From: Malacoraja senta | Lineage: Eukaryota | Assembly: GCA_038087875.1 (NCBI GenBank) | Contig: CM075996.1 | Span: 4,838,001 to 4,902,000 of the forward strand | Reading direction: 5' to 3' | Length of the DNA stretch: 64,000 bases | Shown here: piece after piece, positions 36,623 to 47,277 of the stretch | Position numbering within the stretch: the stretch's first letter is position 1 | How the letters are laid out: every line of letters begins with the position of its first letter | Made by a program: the position numbers and the translations under genes | Notes under the pieces: model-generated | Seen by the model: only the letters and a program-made list of their open reading frames with translations | Databases searched by the model: none | Told to the model about the DNA's origin: nothing

Positions 36623-39600
36623 ACTCTCTGTCTCTCTCCCTCTCCCCTTCAATGTGCTGCAATCAGATTCAATTACAACATTTAAAACACATTTTGACAC
36701 ACATTGGAATTGGATACACTCCAGAAGAGTAATGCAGGCAAATGGGATTTATGTAGATGGCAAATGGGTTAGTATGGAGATGATGGGCTGTAGGGCCTGT
36801 TCCTGTGCTGTGCGACTCTGCCTCTGGGTTTCCCTCCACACAGTTCCTCCTTATCGTCTGTCTCACCCACTATCACTGGCACTTCTCTATCCATCTTCAA
36901 CCCGACTCCCCCATCCAGCGGCCATTTTGGCCGGCCTCACGCCTTGCCTGTATCCGCCAGTCCGAAGAAGGGTCTCGACCCCGAAACGTCACCTGTTCCT
37001 TTTCTCCAGAGATGCTGCCTGACCCGCTGAGTTACTCCGGCTGTTTGACGTCTCTCTTGTGCCGGCTGTGTTTCTGTCGGTGTTTATCCTGATGCCCTGG
37101 TCTGTTTTTGCCCCCCCCCCCCCCCCACCCCACCCCCCATTCCCATCTAGAGTCCCCCCACCCCAACTCACCACCCCACCGTCATCGTGCCGGCGCCTCC
37201 CCCGATCAGCGTGCTCCAAGTCAACGTTGTTACCATGGCTCCCAGCTCCGTCATCAGCACCGTCTCCACATCAAAGCAGAACCTGGACACCATTGTACAG
37301 GTACGGGCGATGGCTCGGCAAAAAGGTGTGGGTTGGTGACGGAGGGTCGCGGTTACCTGTGCGGGGACGGGGAGGGGGGGTGGGCGGTGGGGGTCATAAT
37401 ATCACAGGTGAGACGATGGGTGCTTTTTGTAACCTCGTTTGCACCAGAAACGTGGCTACTCTTTTGTTGCACTTTGCGTATCGTCTGCAACAACAAAGCA
37501 TTTCACTGTACCTCACGTCATGTGACAATAACGTTTCAATGAATCGTTGAACATTCAGAGGGTCGGGGGGTGGGGGGGAAAGATCAGAGGGCAATTGACT
37601 CACAGCACCAGAAATCCAGGTTCGATCCTGCCCTTGAGTGCTGTCTGTAAGGAGTTTGTGCGTTCTCCCTGGGATTTCTCCGGGTGCTCCGGTTTCCTCC
37701 CTTATTCCAAAGACGTGCAGGTTTGTAGGTTAATTGCCTTCTGTAAATTGCTCCTTGCGTGTAGGATGCAGAAGTGGGATAACGTAGAACTGGTACGCAG
37801 GTGGCCAATGGTCGGTGCGGACACAGTGGGCCAAAGGGCCTGTTTCCACATTGCATCTCTAAATTAAATTAAACATCCCGTGGTCTGGTAAACCGGCCAG
37901 CAATGTTGGCTTATTGGAGCATGACTGTACTCAGGTGATCTTTTGGTTGTAGTTGAGTTTAGTTTAGAGATTCAGCATGGATACAGGCCCTATGGCCCAC
38001 CAAGTCCACGCCAACCATCGATCAATAGACAATAGGTGCAGGAGTAGGCCCATTCGGCCCTTCGAGCCAGCACCGCCATTCAATGTGATCATGGCTGATC
38101 ATCCCCAATCAGTACCCCGTTCCTGCCTTCTCCCCATATCCCCTCTCTCCGCTATTTTTAAGAGCCCTATCTAGCTCTCTCTTGAAAGCATCCAGAGAAC
38201 CGGCCTCCACCGCCCTCTGAGGCAGAGAATTCCACAGACTCACCACTCTGTGTAAGGAAAGGTGTTTCCTCGTCTCCGTTCTAAATGGCTTACCCCTTAT
38301 TCTTAATCTGTGGCCCCTGGTTCTGGACTCCCCCAACATCGGGAACATGTTTCCTGCCTCTAGCGTGTCCAAACCCTTGACAATCTTATATGTTTCAATG
38401 AGATGCCCTCTCATCCTTCTAAACTCCAGAGTGTACAAGCCCAGCAGTTCCATTCTCTCAGCATATGACAGTCCCGCCATCCCGGGAATTAACCTTGTAA
38501 AACTACGCTGCACTCCCTCAATAGCAAGAATGTACTTCCTCAAATTAGGGGACCAAAACTGCACACAATACTCCAGGTGTGGTCTCACTAGGGCCCCATA
38601 CAACTGCAGAAGGACCTCTTTGCTCCTATATTCGATTCCTCTTGTTATAAAACTCAAGCACATTAGTTCAATGTTATCCCACTTTCACATCCGGGCCGCA
38701 GAGTGAACATGCAAACTCCACACATTTGACAAACAAGTCAATGCCGTGGTAAAAGCTTGCTTCTTTCAGCTTCGGACGATAGCTAAAATGAAACAATTCC
38801 TCCACTTTGATGACCTCGAAAAGATCATCCACACATTATCTCCTCCCGCCTAGATTACTGCAACTCCCTTTACACTGGCATCAGCCAATCTTCCCTGTCC
38901 CGCCTGCAACTGGTCCAAAACGCCGCAGCGAGACTCCTGACGGGCACCTGAAAAAGGGACCGCATCACCCCGATCCTGGCCTCTCTCCACTGGCTCCCTG
39001 TGCGGTTCCGTATACATTTCAAGATCCTCCTCTATGTCTACAAAGCCCTCAATGGGCTTGCCCCCACCTACATTAAAAGTCTTCTCACCCACCACTCCAC
39101 CTCCAGGTCCCTCAGATCGGCCGACTTGGGGTTGCTGAATATCCCACGGTCTAGGCAGAACCTCAGGGGCGACCGCGCCTTTGTGGTTGCAGCTCCTAGA
39201 CTGTGGAACAGCATCCCCCTTCCCATCAGAACTGCCCCCTCCAACGACTCCTTTAAGTCAAGACTAAAGACTTATCTATATTCCCAAGCATTTCTTGACG
39301 TCCTCTGAGTGAGGGCTACATGTATATATATATGTAGTTTGTTTGTTTATATTATTCTTATAACAAATGTAAAGCACTTTGTCCAACGAGAGTTGTTTTT
39401 TAAATGTGCTATATAAATAAATGTGACTTGACTTGACACACAGGCAGCTCCTGAGGTCAGGATCGAACCCGGTCTCAGGCACAGCACTAACAGCGGTGCC
39501 GCCTAAATCTCTTGCTGCTAATCTTGTTGAGGATTGATGTTCACATTATTGGGAATTTGGAGGTGTCTGGTTAAATGTGGGTCCTTCTCTTTTGGCTGCT

Positions 39601-39922
39601 ATCTATCTAATCAGACGGATGTTTCTTTAAGGCCATTCAGCATATCGAAGCCACGGAGCAAGGTATCAAAGAGGAACCAGCTGGAGCGGAGAAACAGACG
39701 GCGGATTTTCTGAACCTAGATGGGATGCAAGAGAGCCTGAAGGAGAACAGGGAGTGGCATGAGCTGGTGACAACTTCGCCCATGATAATGAAGAGCCCCT
39801 ATGGGGACATTGAGACTGAAAGCCAAGAAGCCAGTCAGAGAGAGATGCTGGCAGCATTGAGGAGGCCCAAGATGGAGATGGAGCCAGTTCCCTCTGTGTT
39901 GGTGCCGGGCACTAGCATCTGA
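21531..39922 (+). CDS. TFAP4: Transcription factor AP-4-like (bHLH-leucine zipper), complete 7-exon gene, about 358 aa
   Basis: Exons 21531-~21610, 26332-26497, 30447-30545, 33485-33631, 35032-35175, 37151-37300 and 39632-39922. They encode EKEVIGGLCS, the bHLH RRIRREIANSNERRRMQSINAGFQSLK..GEKLSKAAILQQTAEYI, DEGIGSPD, HHPTVIVPAP and the TIV motif QNLDTIVQAIQHIE, all characteristic of TFAP4. Divergent elsewhere; probably a paralogue. Confidence 0.93.
21701..22008. repeat. Polypurine (GA-rich) low-complexity tract
   Basis: About 300 bp of almost only G and A in TFAP4-like intron 1. Confidence 0.95.
26332..26497 (+). CDS. TFAP4: TFAP4-like exon 2 (basic region, helix 1, loop)
   Basis: ctgcag acceptor, gtcagt donor; LSNIPLTPESQRDHDRRIRREIANSNERRRMQSINAGFQSLKVLLPHTDGEKLSK. 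Confidence 0.95.
27596..27816. mobile_element. Inverted pair of Penelope-like terminal fragments, each with a minimal hammerhead-like core
   Basis: ctgaaga-a-gggtc-tc-gaccc-gaaac-gtc at 27596-27623 (+) and 27789-27816 (-); this repeat family recurs many times in the window. Confidence 0.7.
28160..28650 (-). mobile_element. CR1 (HER1-like) LINE 3' fragment; similar copies at about 1500-2012, 5160-5535, 13985-14230(+), 25830-26212, 35270-35755(+), 38025-38650
   Basis: [44 protein letters not shown] peptide and the shared 3' end aggtgcaggagtaggccattcggcccttcgagcc. Confidence 0.88.
28984..29313. mobile_element. PIF/Harbinger-type MITE
   Basis: About 40-bp TIRs ccctgtcccacggtacgagttcattccaagag / ctcttggaatgaactcgtacagtgggacaggg, flanked by taa and tta. 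Confidence 0.75.
30447..30545 (+). CDS. TFAP4: TFAP4-like exon 3 (helix 2, leucine zipper 1)
   Basis: ctccctgcag acceptor, gtgagc donor; AAILQQTAEYIFALEEDKTRLMQQNAHLKRLVQ. Confidence 0.95.
31104..33082 (-). mobile_element. CR1-clade LINE, 5'-truncated (about 2 kb), reverse transcriptase region
   Basis: ORFs 31844-32830 and 31237-31833 with NYRPVSLTS, QHGF, GVPQGSVLGP, YADD and WSPNYRKD motifs; short tandem tail (ccatataa) at the 3' end. Confidence 0.93.
33485..33631 (+). CDS. TFAP4: TFAP4-like exon 4 (degron and leucine zipper 2)
   Basis: ctttcccag acceptor, gtgcgt donor; EYSGSSPKRKRGDESDEGIGSPDSADEELAELRQLLEKERLLRISLEEK. Confidence 0.93.
33638..33801. repeat. G-rich minisatellite
   Basis: Four units of ggggtgaggccgtgggttgtccatg(g/c)t(ggggtg)n. 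Confidence 0.9.
33933..34320. repeat. Degenerate (CA)n-based repeat
   Basis: Directly visible. Confidence 0.92.
34590..34917 (-). mobile_element. tRNA-derived SINE (HE1/V-SINE-like); further copies at about 17328-17533, 24775-24985, 31031-31103 plus 33083-33295, 37600-37870, 40583-40830
   Basis: Head ggcacggtggcgcagcgggtagagctgctgcc..gggttcgatcc (A/B-box-like), central gtttgcacgttctccctgtgacc block, CR1-like 3' tail. Confidence 0.8.
35032..35175 (+). CDS. TFAP4: TFAP4-like exon 5 (Q-rich)
   Basis: cttgttgcag acceptor, gtacgg donor; VKSLESQLQPGKLQEILQQAQLLQEHDNARERRRQPGEEQQRCINAPQ. Confidence 0.9.
37151..37300 (+). CDS. TFAP4: TFAP4-like exon 6 (P-rich, TIV motif start)
   Basis: ccatctag acceptor, gtacgg donor; SPPTPTHHPTVIVPAPPPISVLQVNVVTMAPSSVISTVSTSKQNLDTIVQ. 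Confidence 0.92.
38025..38650 (-). mobile_element. CR1 LINE 3' fragment
   Basis: ORF 38109-38663 with LVRPHLEYCVQFWSP, a typical CR1 ORF2 C-terminus. Confidence 0.9.
38726..39437 (+). mobile_element. L2-clade LINE 3' fragment
   Basis: RLDYCNSL, LQLVQNAAARLL, LHWLPVRFRIHFKIL and AAPRLWNS motifs; (gactt)n tail; interrupts a SINE. Confidence 0.85.
39632..39922 (+). CDS. TFAP4: TFAP4-like exon 7 (terminal coding exon)
   Basis: tttctttaag acceptor; AIQHIEATEQGIKEEPAG...VLVPGTSI, TGA at 39920-39922. Confidence 0.88.
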   Translation, partial: AIQHIEATEQGIKEEPAGAEKQTADFLNLDGMQESLKENREWHELVTTSPMIMKSPYGDIETESQEASQREMLAALRRPKMEMEPVPSVLVPGTSI

Positions 39923-41144
39923 ATGAGACTGCAGAGCCTTATCAATATGCACTGAGGAAGCGGAGGACTTGGGGGGGATGAATCCAAGAAGTTTGAGATT
40001 AAGGGACCTTTTGAATGGCATTTGTCCCAAACGAATCCTTTCTTCCCCTTCCAGAGCAAGAGCAGTCTCGAAGGTACAGTTGGGTCACGTCCTCTGTGTG
40101 TGTGAAATGGGAAGGGCTGGTTATTGCTAAACCTGTTCAGGTTTGGTGCAGTTTCTCACAAAACATCTCTGGCCTGTTGCACATGGGAAACATCTTTGTT
40201 GCCGATCAGTGGACCTATTGTCCACGGCCCTGATTGTAGAACGGCCCAGAATCTAAGGTAAATCTGATGTTCTTTAGATTCCTCAACTCTTAATCCCTGT
40301 CACAGTTCTAGTGGCCCAGTCGTTGGAATTAGATGATACAAAATGGCCAAACCACCTGAGAATGCCCCACGATTTAAAATGATCATGAAATGGTCAATTT
40401 GAGATGATGAAGACAATAAGTGCAGGAGGAGGCCATTCGGCCCCTCAAGCCAGCAACCGCCATTCAATGTGATCATGGCTGATCATTGCATAAAAGGTTT
40501 GTAAGGACTGCTGGGGATTGCTGCTGTGTTTGTTTCGATTGTCCATTGATAAGTTGGAATCTTTCTATTTGTCTTATTTACCCTGGTGGCACAGCGCCAG
40601 AGACCCAGGTTCGATCCTGACCACGGGTGCTGTCTGTACAGAGTTTGTACGCTCTCCCCTATGGCCATGTGAGCTCTCACACTCTAAAGACGTACAGCTT
40701 TGTAGGTTAATTGGCTTTGGTAAAAATTGTAAATTGTCCCGAGTGTGAAGGAGAATACAGGGATCACTGGTCGGCAGCGACTGGGTGGGCCGAAGAGCCT
40801 GTTTCCATTGCTGTATCTCTAAGCTAAACAGAAGATACCTAACCCTGCATCTGGTGGCAGCAGTTCTTGCTGTGGATGGGCTGGGTCATATTGTGGTTAG
40901 CTGTCTTTTGCCAATGCCTTAACAACAGCTACTCAATGGCAAAGTGCTGGAGTAACTCAGCAGGTCAGGCAGCATCTCTGGAGGATACGGATAGGTGACG
41001 TTTCGGGTGGGGACCCTTCTTCTGATCAATTAGTTGCAGGGGCCACTGCTCATCGTTAACAGCAAACTGGCACCTTACAGCTCGGTAGGAAGGAACTGCA
41101 GATGCTGGTTAACACCGAAGATAAGACACAAAATGCTGGAGTAA

Positions 41145-41335
41145 AGGTCCCGTCCACTTTCACGACCTAATTCACGACCTTTTTTAGTCGTGGACATTTC
41201 ATCACGCCCCGACCTACTTGATGCCACGAGTACCTACGACTAGCATCGCGACCTACCTACGACCTCGTGACGACCATGCTGAGAGTATGAGTCATGGGCA
41301 AACTCGGCAGAGGTCGTGAAAGTGGGACAGGCCCT
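41145..41335. mobile_element. PIF/Harbinger-type MITE
   Basis: TAA target duplication (41142-41144 / 41336-41338) splitting the common repeat gctggagTAActcagcggg; imperfect terminal inverted repeats ending gtgggacaggccct. Confidence 0.8.
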
Positions 41336-44300
41336 TAACTCAGCGGGAGAGGCAGCATCTCTGGAGAGAAGGAATGGGTGACGTTTCGGGTCGAGACCCG
41401 AGACCCATTCCTTCTCTCCAGAGATGCTGCTTGTCCTGCTGAGTTACTCCAGCATTTTGTGTCTACCTGCATAGAACGGCTTCCCCTGGCATTGATGGAG
41501 GTCTGGGCACGCACTAGGCAGCGGCTTTACTGAACTTTGTTTCTGCGGTTATTCCCAGCACCACCACAGAACCAGCAGGGGTTTATTCAAATTCTAGTAA
41601 AAAGAATAACAAAGTGCTGGAGGAACTCGGCAGGGCAGGCAGCATCTGAGAGCAAGTGTGCCTGATAATGGCGGATACTGCCCGACCTGCTGAGTTCCTC
41701 CAGCACTTTGCATTTTACTCAAGCAACCAACATCTCCAGTTTCTCTGTTGTTCTAACTCTAATGGAGCACTAACTCTAGTGGGGATACCTGTGGTATTTC
41801 AAACCCATTGACTTCATTCAGACTAAGCACCAGTGTTCTCAGCAAAAATATATGGCCCATCTCACCAAGAGAAATGACCCTGTACCTTCAAGGATGCTCT
41901 GCGAGTGGGGTGAAAAGAGACTGGCTGAGGATTAAGCTGTTGTTAACTATGAAAAGATTGCAAACTTTTGACAGAGTTCGCCCAGACCGTGTCTTTTCAA
42001 ACTGCTACGTTGGTGTACAGAATGCATAGTGCGGTCACAGCAGGGCACGATGCAAGGTTATATCATGGGGTGATGCCTTTTTACATGTACACTTTTTAAA
42101 AACGTTTGGGATGATTTTACAGAATCTTTGGATACTGTTTTTTTTGGCATCTTAAAACAGCAATTAATTTTTCCTTGTATTCTATGGCGGAACAATTGCA
42201 GACTGGGGAAGATTACCAAAACCTGGTCATATCATTGCTGCACCTTTCTGTGCATTGTTAGGGGTGGGGAGGGGAGGGGGGGGGGGAGGGGAGGGCAGGG
42301 GGAATGTTGTATAAAATGTGTTTTTAGGGCACTTACAATGAGTTTCTAAAAGTTGTTTATTTTCCTAAGTGTTTCACTCTTCAAACTGCATTATTCCTTT
42401 TGGACCATCTGTACTTGATGCTTTGTGCATATCATTCTATGCCTTTTTTATATGAAATTTAATCAGAGCTGTAAACTGATGGCTTGTGTGTTTTTAAGGG
42501 AATGACTGTGGTAATGTCGCACGGACCACATTGTACAAGAGGCAGACTCACCCTCAGCTTCACAGCAGCCTCTCTTAAACTGCACCGACTCATTCATCTC
42601 AAGTCATACAGCGTGGAAACAGACCCTTCGGTACCACACCGATCAACGTGTCCCGTCTACACTAGTCCCACAAGCCTTCTAAGCCTATCCTATCCATGTA
42701 CCCGTCCTATCCATGTACTTGTCCTATCCATGTACCTGTCCAAATGTTTCTTAAACGTTGATAGTCCCCGCCTCACCTACCTCCTCTGGCAGCTTATTCC
42801 ACACACCCATCACCCTTTGTGTGAATGTTCAAGAAGGGTCTGCAGATCCTGGAAAATCGAAGGTAGACAAAAGTGCTGGAGAAACTCAGCGGGTGCGGCA
42901 GCATCTATGGAGCGAAGGAAATAGGCAACGTTTCGGGCCGAAACCCTTTTTCAGACTGAAATAGTCAACGTTTCGGGCCAAAGCCCTTCTTCAGACTGAC
43001 CATCAGCCTGAAGAAGGGTTTCGGCCCGAAACGTTGCCTATTTCCTTCGCTCCATAGATGCTGCCGCACCCGCTGAGTTTCTCCAACAATTTTGTCACCC
43101 TTTGTGCGAACCAGTTTCTCCTCGGGCTCCTATTAAATCTTCCCCCACCACCTTAAACTTATGTCCTCTAGTTCTGGGCAAGAGACTCTGTGTGTGTCGA
43201 CCCAGTCTATTCCTCATGATTTTATACACCTCTATATGATCACCCGCCATCCTCCTGCGTTCGAAGGAATAGAGTCTTAGCCTGCTCAACCTCTCCCTAT
43301 AGTTCAGGCCATTTGAGTACTGGCAATATCCTCGTAAAGGATTCTTCTGCTCAGGCTTTTCAGCTCATAGCAGCCAGCCTGGGCTTACAGCGGGACTGTA
43401 GGGGCAAAGACCAGCTGGAGGTTTTCTACTGTAAATGGCGTCACTGCCAGCTAAGGTGCAGTTGGGTTTGGACATGGTAACCCTCAAACTTAGAAACAGA
43501 ACAGCCTCTTCAACCCATGTTTGGCCAACCATAATTTAAACTGCACATGGCCAATATGCCTCCATTTCCTGTCTGTCTGTATGCCTCAGTTCACATGCAA
43601 TATGACTACCTTTGGCCTCTGACTTCAGGAGAGGGGAAAAAATGTCAGTGACTTTGCTTTGTCCCACTGAAAGAAAATGTCCCGCAAAACGAATCATTTA
43701 ACTGAATACTACAGCAGTGTCCAGCGTCTAAATTCTTCTGTTCCTCCAGCCAGCTACTTTGGGATTGTAGCCCAGTGTCTGGCAAAGCAGGTCGGTGAGT
43801 AGTTTGAAGGCAGTTGTTGCCGGAGCAGGGACTTGTCACCTCATTTCCACACATTTTCTTTGCTGGCGGGGGAAATTGTTGGTCTTTATCTCGGCGTTGT
43901 ATCAGCTGCAATGGATGGTGTTTTGACACAGACCCAGTAGCGCCTACAATCACCGGCCAGCAACATTGCAAATCAAGATCACTGATAACAGGTAAGTGCC
44001 AATGCTGGAAATTTGAGAACTCAAAAGGTTAAGGAAAGACTACTTAAGAAGACTCCCACATCTTACTCATCCCAGAATTATTATTATTATAAATGGGCCC
44101 AAAGGTCTGTTCTCCCTGCACAAGTTAGCCTGGCAATATTTATTTATTATTTTAAAAGCAGTGGATTTATTTATACTGGATATATTTATTACTGGACTTT
44201 TTTTATTTCTAACTGCCAGCAGGACATAAACTGTCTTGACTTCTCTACTCCCCTTACCCACTTCAATCTCACCCCCCTGACCGGGGAGGGAGATTGCAAC

Positions 44301-44454
44301 CTTCACGAGGTCCACCCTGTTTCGATGAATGCAATCAACCTGGCGGGCACAAACAGAAGATCAAACAGAACAAGTTGTCTTACAACTTTAGGCTGTGCAC
44401 GCCATATGCAAGAAGACCCTCATTTTGTAACAATCACCAACTATGTCATTAATA

Positions 44455-44757
44455 ACCAGCCGACTAGGGAGGTGTGGTTGTAGTCTGGCGGGCTGACCTG
44501 TACCGTGTCGAGTCCGGGCACCAGCTCTCCGACACCTCCCCAGACCGAACTCATCTCTTGGACTGTGTCTGACTTCATCACCTCTGGCAATCTACTCTCC
44601 ACAGCCTCCAACCTTATTGTTCCCCAGCCCCACGCTGCCTGCTTCCACCTCCCACCCAAAACCACAAACGCAACTGCCCTGGCAAACCCATTGTTCTGCC
44701 TGCTCCTGCCCCACTGGCCTCTTCTCCATATACCTCGATTCCATCCTATCGCCCCTG
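44455..44757 (+). mobile_element. Penelope-like element reverse transcriptase fragment (degenerate)
   Basis: TVSDFITSGNLLSTASNLIVPQPHAACFHLPPK..G(K)PIV..ACSCPTG..YLDSILSPL across frameshifts, resembling the LPKIHK..GRPIVS region of Penelope RTs. Confidence 0.7.
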
Positions 44758-45426
44758 ACATTGTTTGGCTATGGCCTCAGCAGCCATGAGGAGAGGGTGA
44801 TTGGGCACCAATTGACCTCTGACCAAGCTGTTGCCAGGTTTGTAGTTTCTGTGGTAACGTGGCTAGAGACAGGTCGTGACCATGAAGCACTAAGTACAGA
44901 TTCTGGAGATCTGAAATGAACCGAAAATGCTGCAAACTCTCAGCAGGTCAAACGGCATCTGTGAAATGAGAAGTGCAACAATTCAGCTCAATAGCTACTT
45001 AGAACCTTCCACTTTGTAGATTGGAAACTTTCACCGAGCTGTTTGAATGCAACGACATGCTTGCTGGGCATTCCCAACATGTTTTTATTTTATGCCCTAG
45101 AAAATGTTGGAGTGGTGTACAAGTGGTTGATAGACAGCAGTTGGAACACTAAGCGGGAAAGGAGGTGCTGTAACGAACCTTGGGTTGTAATGTTGATGTC
45201 CTGCGAATGCAAGTTCTACTGAAACAGGCCAATTAATTGGTATGAAGGGTGGGGGCAAGGATGGAACTCAATCAATGCTACAGAATCATAAACAGAATGC
45301 AAGGAAAACAACTCTGGGGATAAAAGTAGCATCATTGTGCGCAGGGAATGTTGAGTGTGAAGGGGAACTGCAATGTTCCTGTTCAGTGCCTATATATTCA
45401 GCATAAGCATCAAGACCAACGGGACA

Positions 45427-45432
45427 TTTATT
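45427..45432 (-). terminator. Candidate polyadenylation signal (AATAAA) for ST13
   Basis: tttatt on the + strand, about 1.7 kb past the ST13 stop at the end of a largely repeat-free UTR-like stretch. Other AATAAA hexamers occur nearby, so the assignment is tentative. Confidence 0.35.
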
Positions 45433-47148
45433 GCTGTACATTTCTACACCAGATCAATGCAGAACAGTAACCAGTGACATTAAAGCTACCACCTTTATCA
45501 AAGAGAAACAAGAATGTGATGTTTGCAGAATGGGCTCGGTATTTTTCTCTCAAGGGTGCTGGTGGGAGCGAGAAGGGAGTCGGTCAAGACATGCCATGTT
45601 TCCTGCTTCCATCCAATCACGTAGGGAAAAAAATTCCAGATGATGGCAGTCCTTTCAGTTTCCAATTTATTTTTTCCACAAGTTCGACCTTGTCTTAACA
45701 CATGCACCTCATGAGCAGGGGGCGAGGGTGTGGAGAATTCCATCCCTCATCCCCCTCACCTCTACAATACTCACTGCATTAAAAACAAGGCTTGAAATTA
45801 TTACATGGACACCCAAAACTACTGTTCTTGTGGCTAAAGCGGAGCCCTTCAACAACCCAATGTAATTCAACATCATTCATTTTCTTGGAGAAAGAAGGGG
45901 AGGGGGGGAACAAATGAAGATCCGAATATTTAACTCAAAGGGTTGTCCTTCAAGTTAAAATATTTGTTTCCTCGGATTAACAGGACCCAATTTCTCCCAT
46001 GTTAAAATTGTCCACCCTTCTGCCCCGTCTCCACCCACCACTAACTATCCCAAGAGGGAGGGTTAATATAATGCCTTTTACCTGTAGCGATTATGAGCAG
46101 TGTTTGTAGTTGTATAAGAAAGCAGTCCTTTCAATGAATATAGGTTGAGTGGCTAATTGAAAATAATCTACAATATAATGGAATCACCCAAATTTAATCT
46201 TCAAAGGAGGCTGTAGCATACAAAATGTCAGAGTGACCATTATTTACAAACATATTTATCTCCATCCAGATATTAACCCATTTCATTTTTTTAAATGAGA
46301 TTTACTTTCTGGGGATAAAAATATCTGTAAACAGTTGCCATATTAGTCATCTCCTATTGCTTCCCAGAAACGACGATACTGATTTCTACTGGTACCCACG
46401 TTCCTACAGTTTATCTCCCAAGCTGCTGCTCGCTATATTTAGTAGAATATATGAATTTTAATGTACAAGCTCAGGTAAGCTATTTGACCAGACAGTGCAA
46501 AGTCCAGCTGGCTTTTTGTTAATGTTCATGCTTGCCCCTTGACAGGAAGAAGCCAATTTCACACCTTGATCCAAGGGCACAACATGCAGCCAAGGCAGCA
46601 GAGGGGAACAAACTTTCACTGAAGGTACTGCGGCACGTACCTGCTGTGGCATTGCAAGGAAATCAGTTTTAAATGCTAAAATCTGGTGCAACATGTGTGC
46701 GTTGGTTTGTCTTTCATCCCACACGAGAAGAGGTTTCTTATACATTGCAATATCGGTCACTACCACCAGATCTGGTCACTGGTTTAAGTTGTAACTATTT
46801 TTAAACCTGTTAACAAATTTGCATAGTTTTCTGCTCTGCAATTTTAATCCATTTATTTTTAGCATTAATTGTTGTGCCAAAATAGGAACAAAAAATAAAA
46901 CACAAATGCCCCTGTTTACAGATCTGGGCCACTGCAGACAAAAAGTAGCACAAGATTTTCTGTGCAAGAGCACTTTTTCCTTAGACTGTTTAATTCTCCC
47001 CACCCAAAAAAAAAAATCAATTTGTAATAAAAAGAGACTAAAAAATAGTCTGACTACTACTCTGAAGGAGGTTTGTAGATACACGGGTAGTGCACAGTGG
47101 CAGGGTGCAAGGGTTGTAGTGAGGATGTTAGTTGGAATATTCTGCCCT

Positions 47149-47277
47149 TCAAGGTTTGGCACCAAACTTAGTTGAAAGCTTTCCAACGAAGTTCATCACT
47201 TTCGGGTTGTTCTGATATTTTGAGATGTTGGCTGGGTTCTGGGCCACGTCTTGGAATGCCGCCATTATCTCAGGATC
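47149..47277 (-). CDS. ST13: ST13 exon 12, coding part (DP/STI1 domain)
   Basis: ctccgcag acceptor; [45 protein letters not shown]. Confidence 0.95.
   Translation of the reverse strand, partial: DPEIMAAFQDVAQNPANISKYQNNPKVMNFVGKLSTKFGAKP

Noticed and set aside
37100..37300. Suspected frameshift in C-rich TFAP4-like exon 6 (the ORF track shows other frames)
   Set aside because: A base count from 37151 gives an uninterrupted 150-bp frame; the track misses it because a TAG acceptor precedes it.
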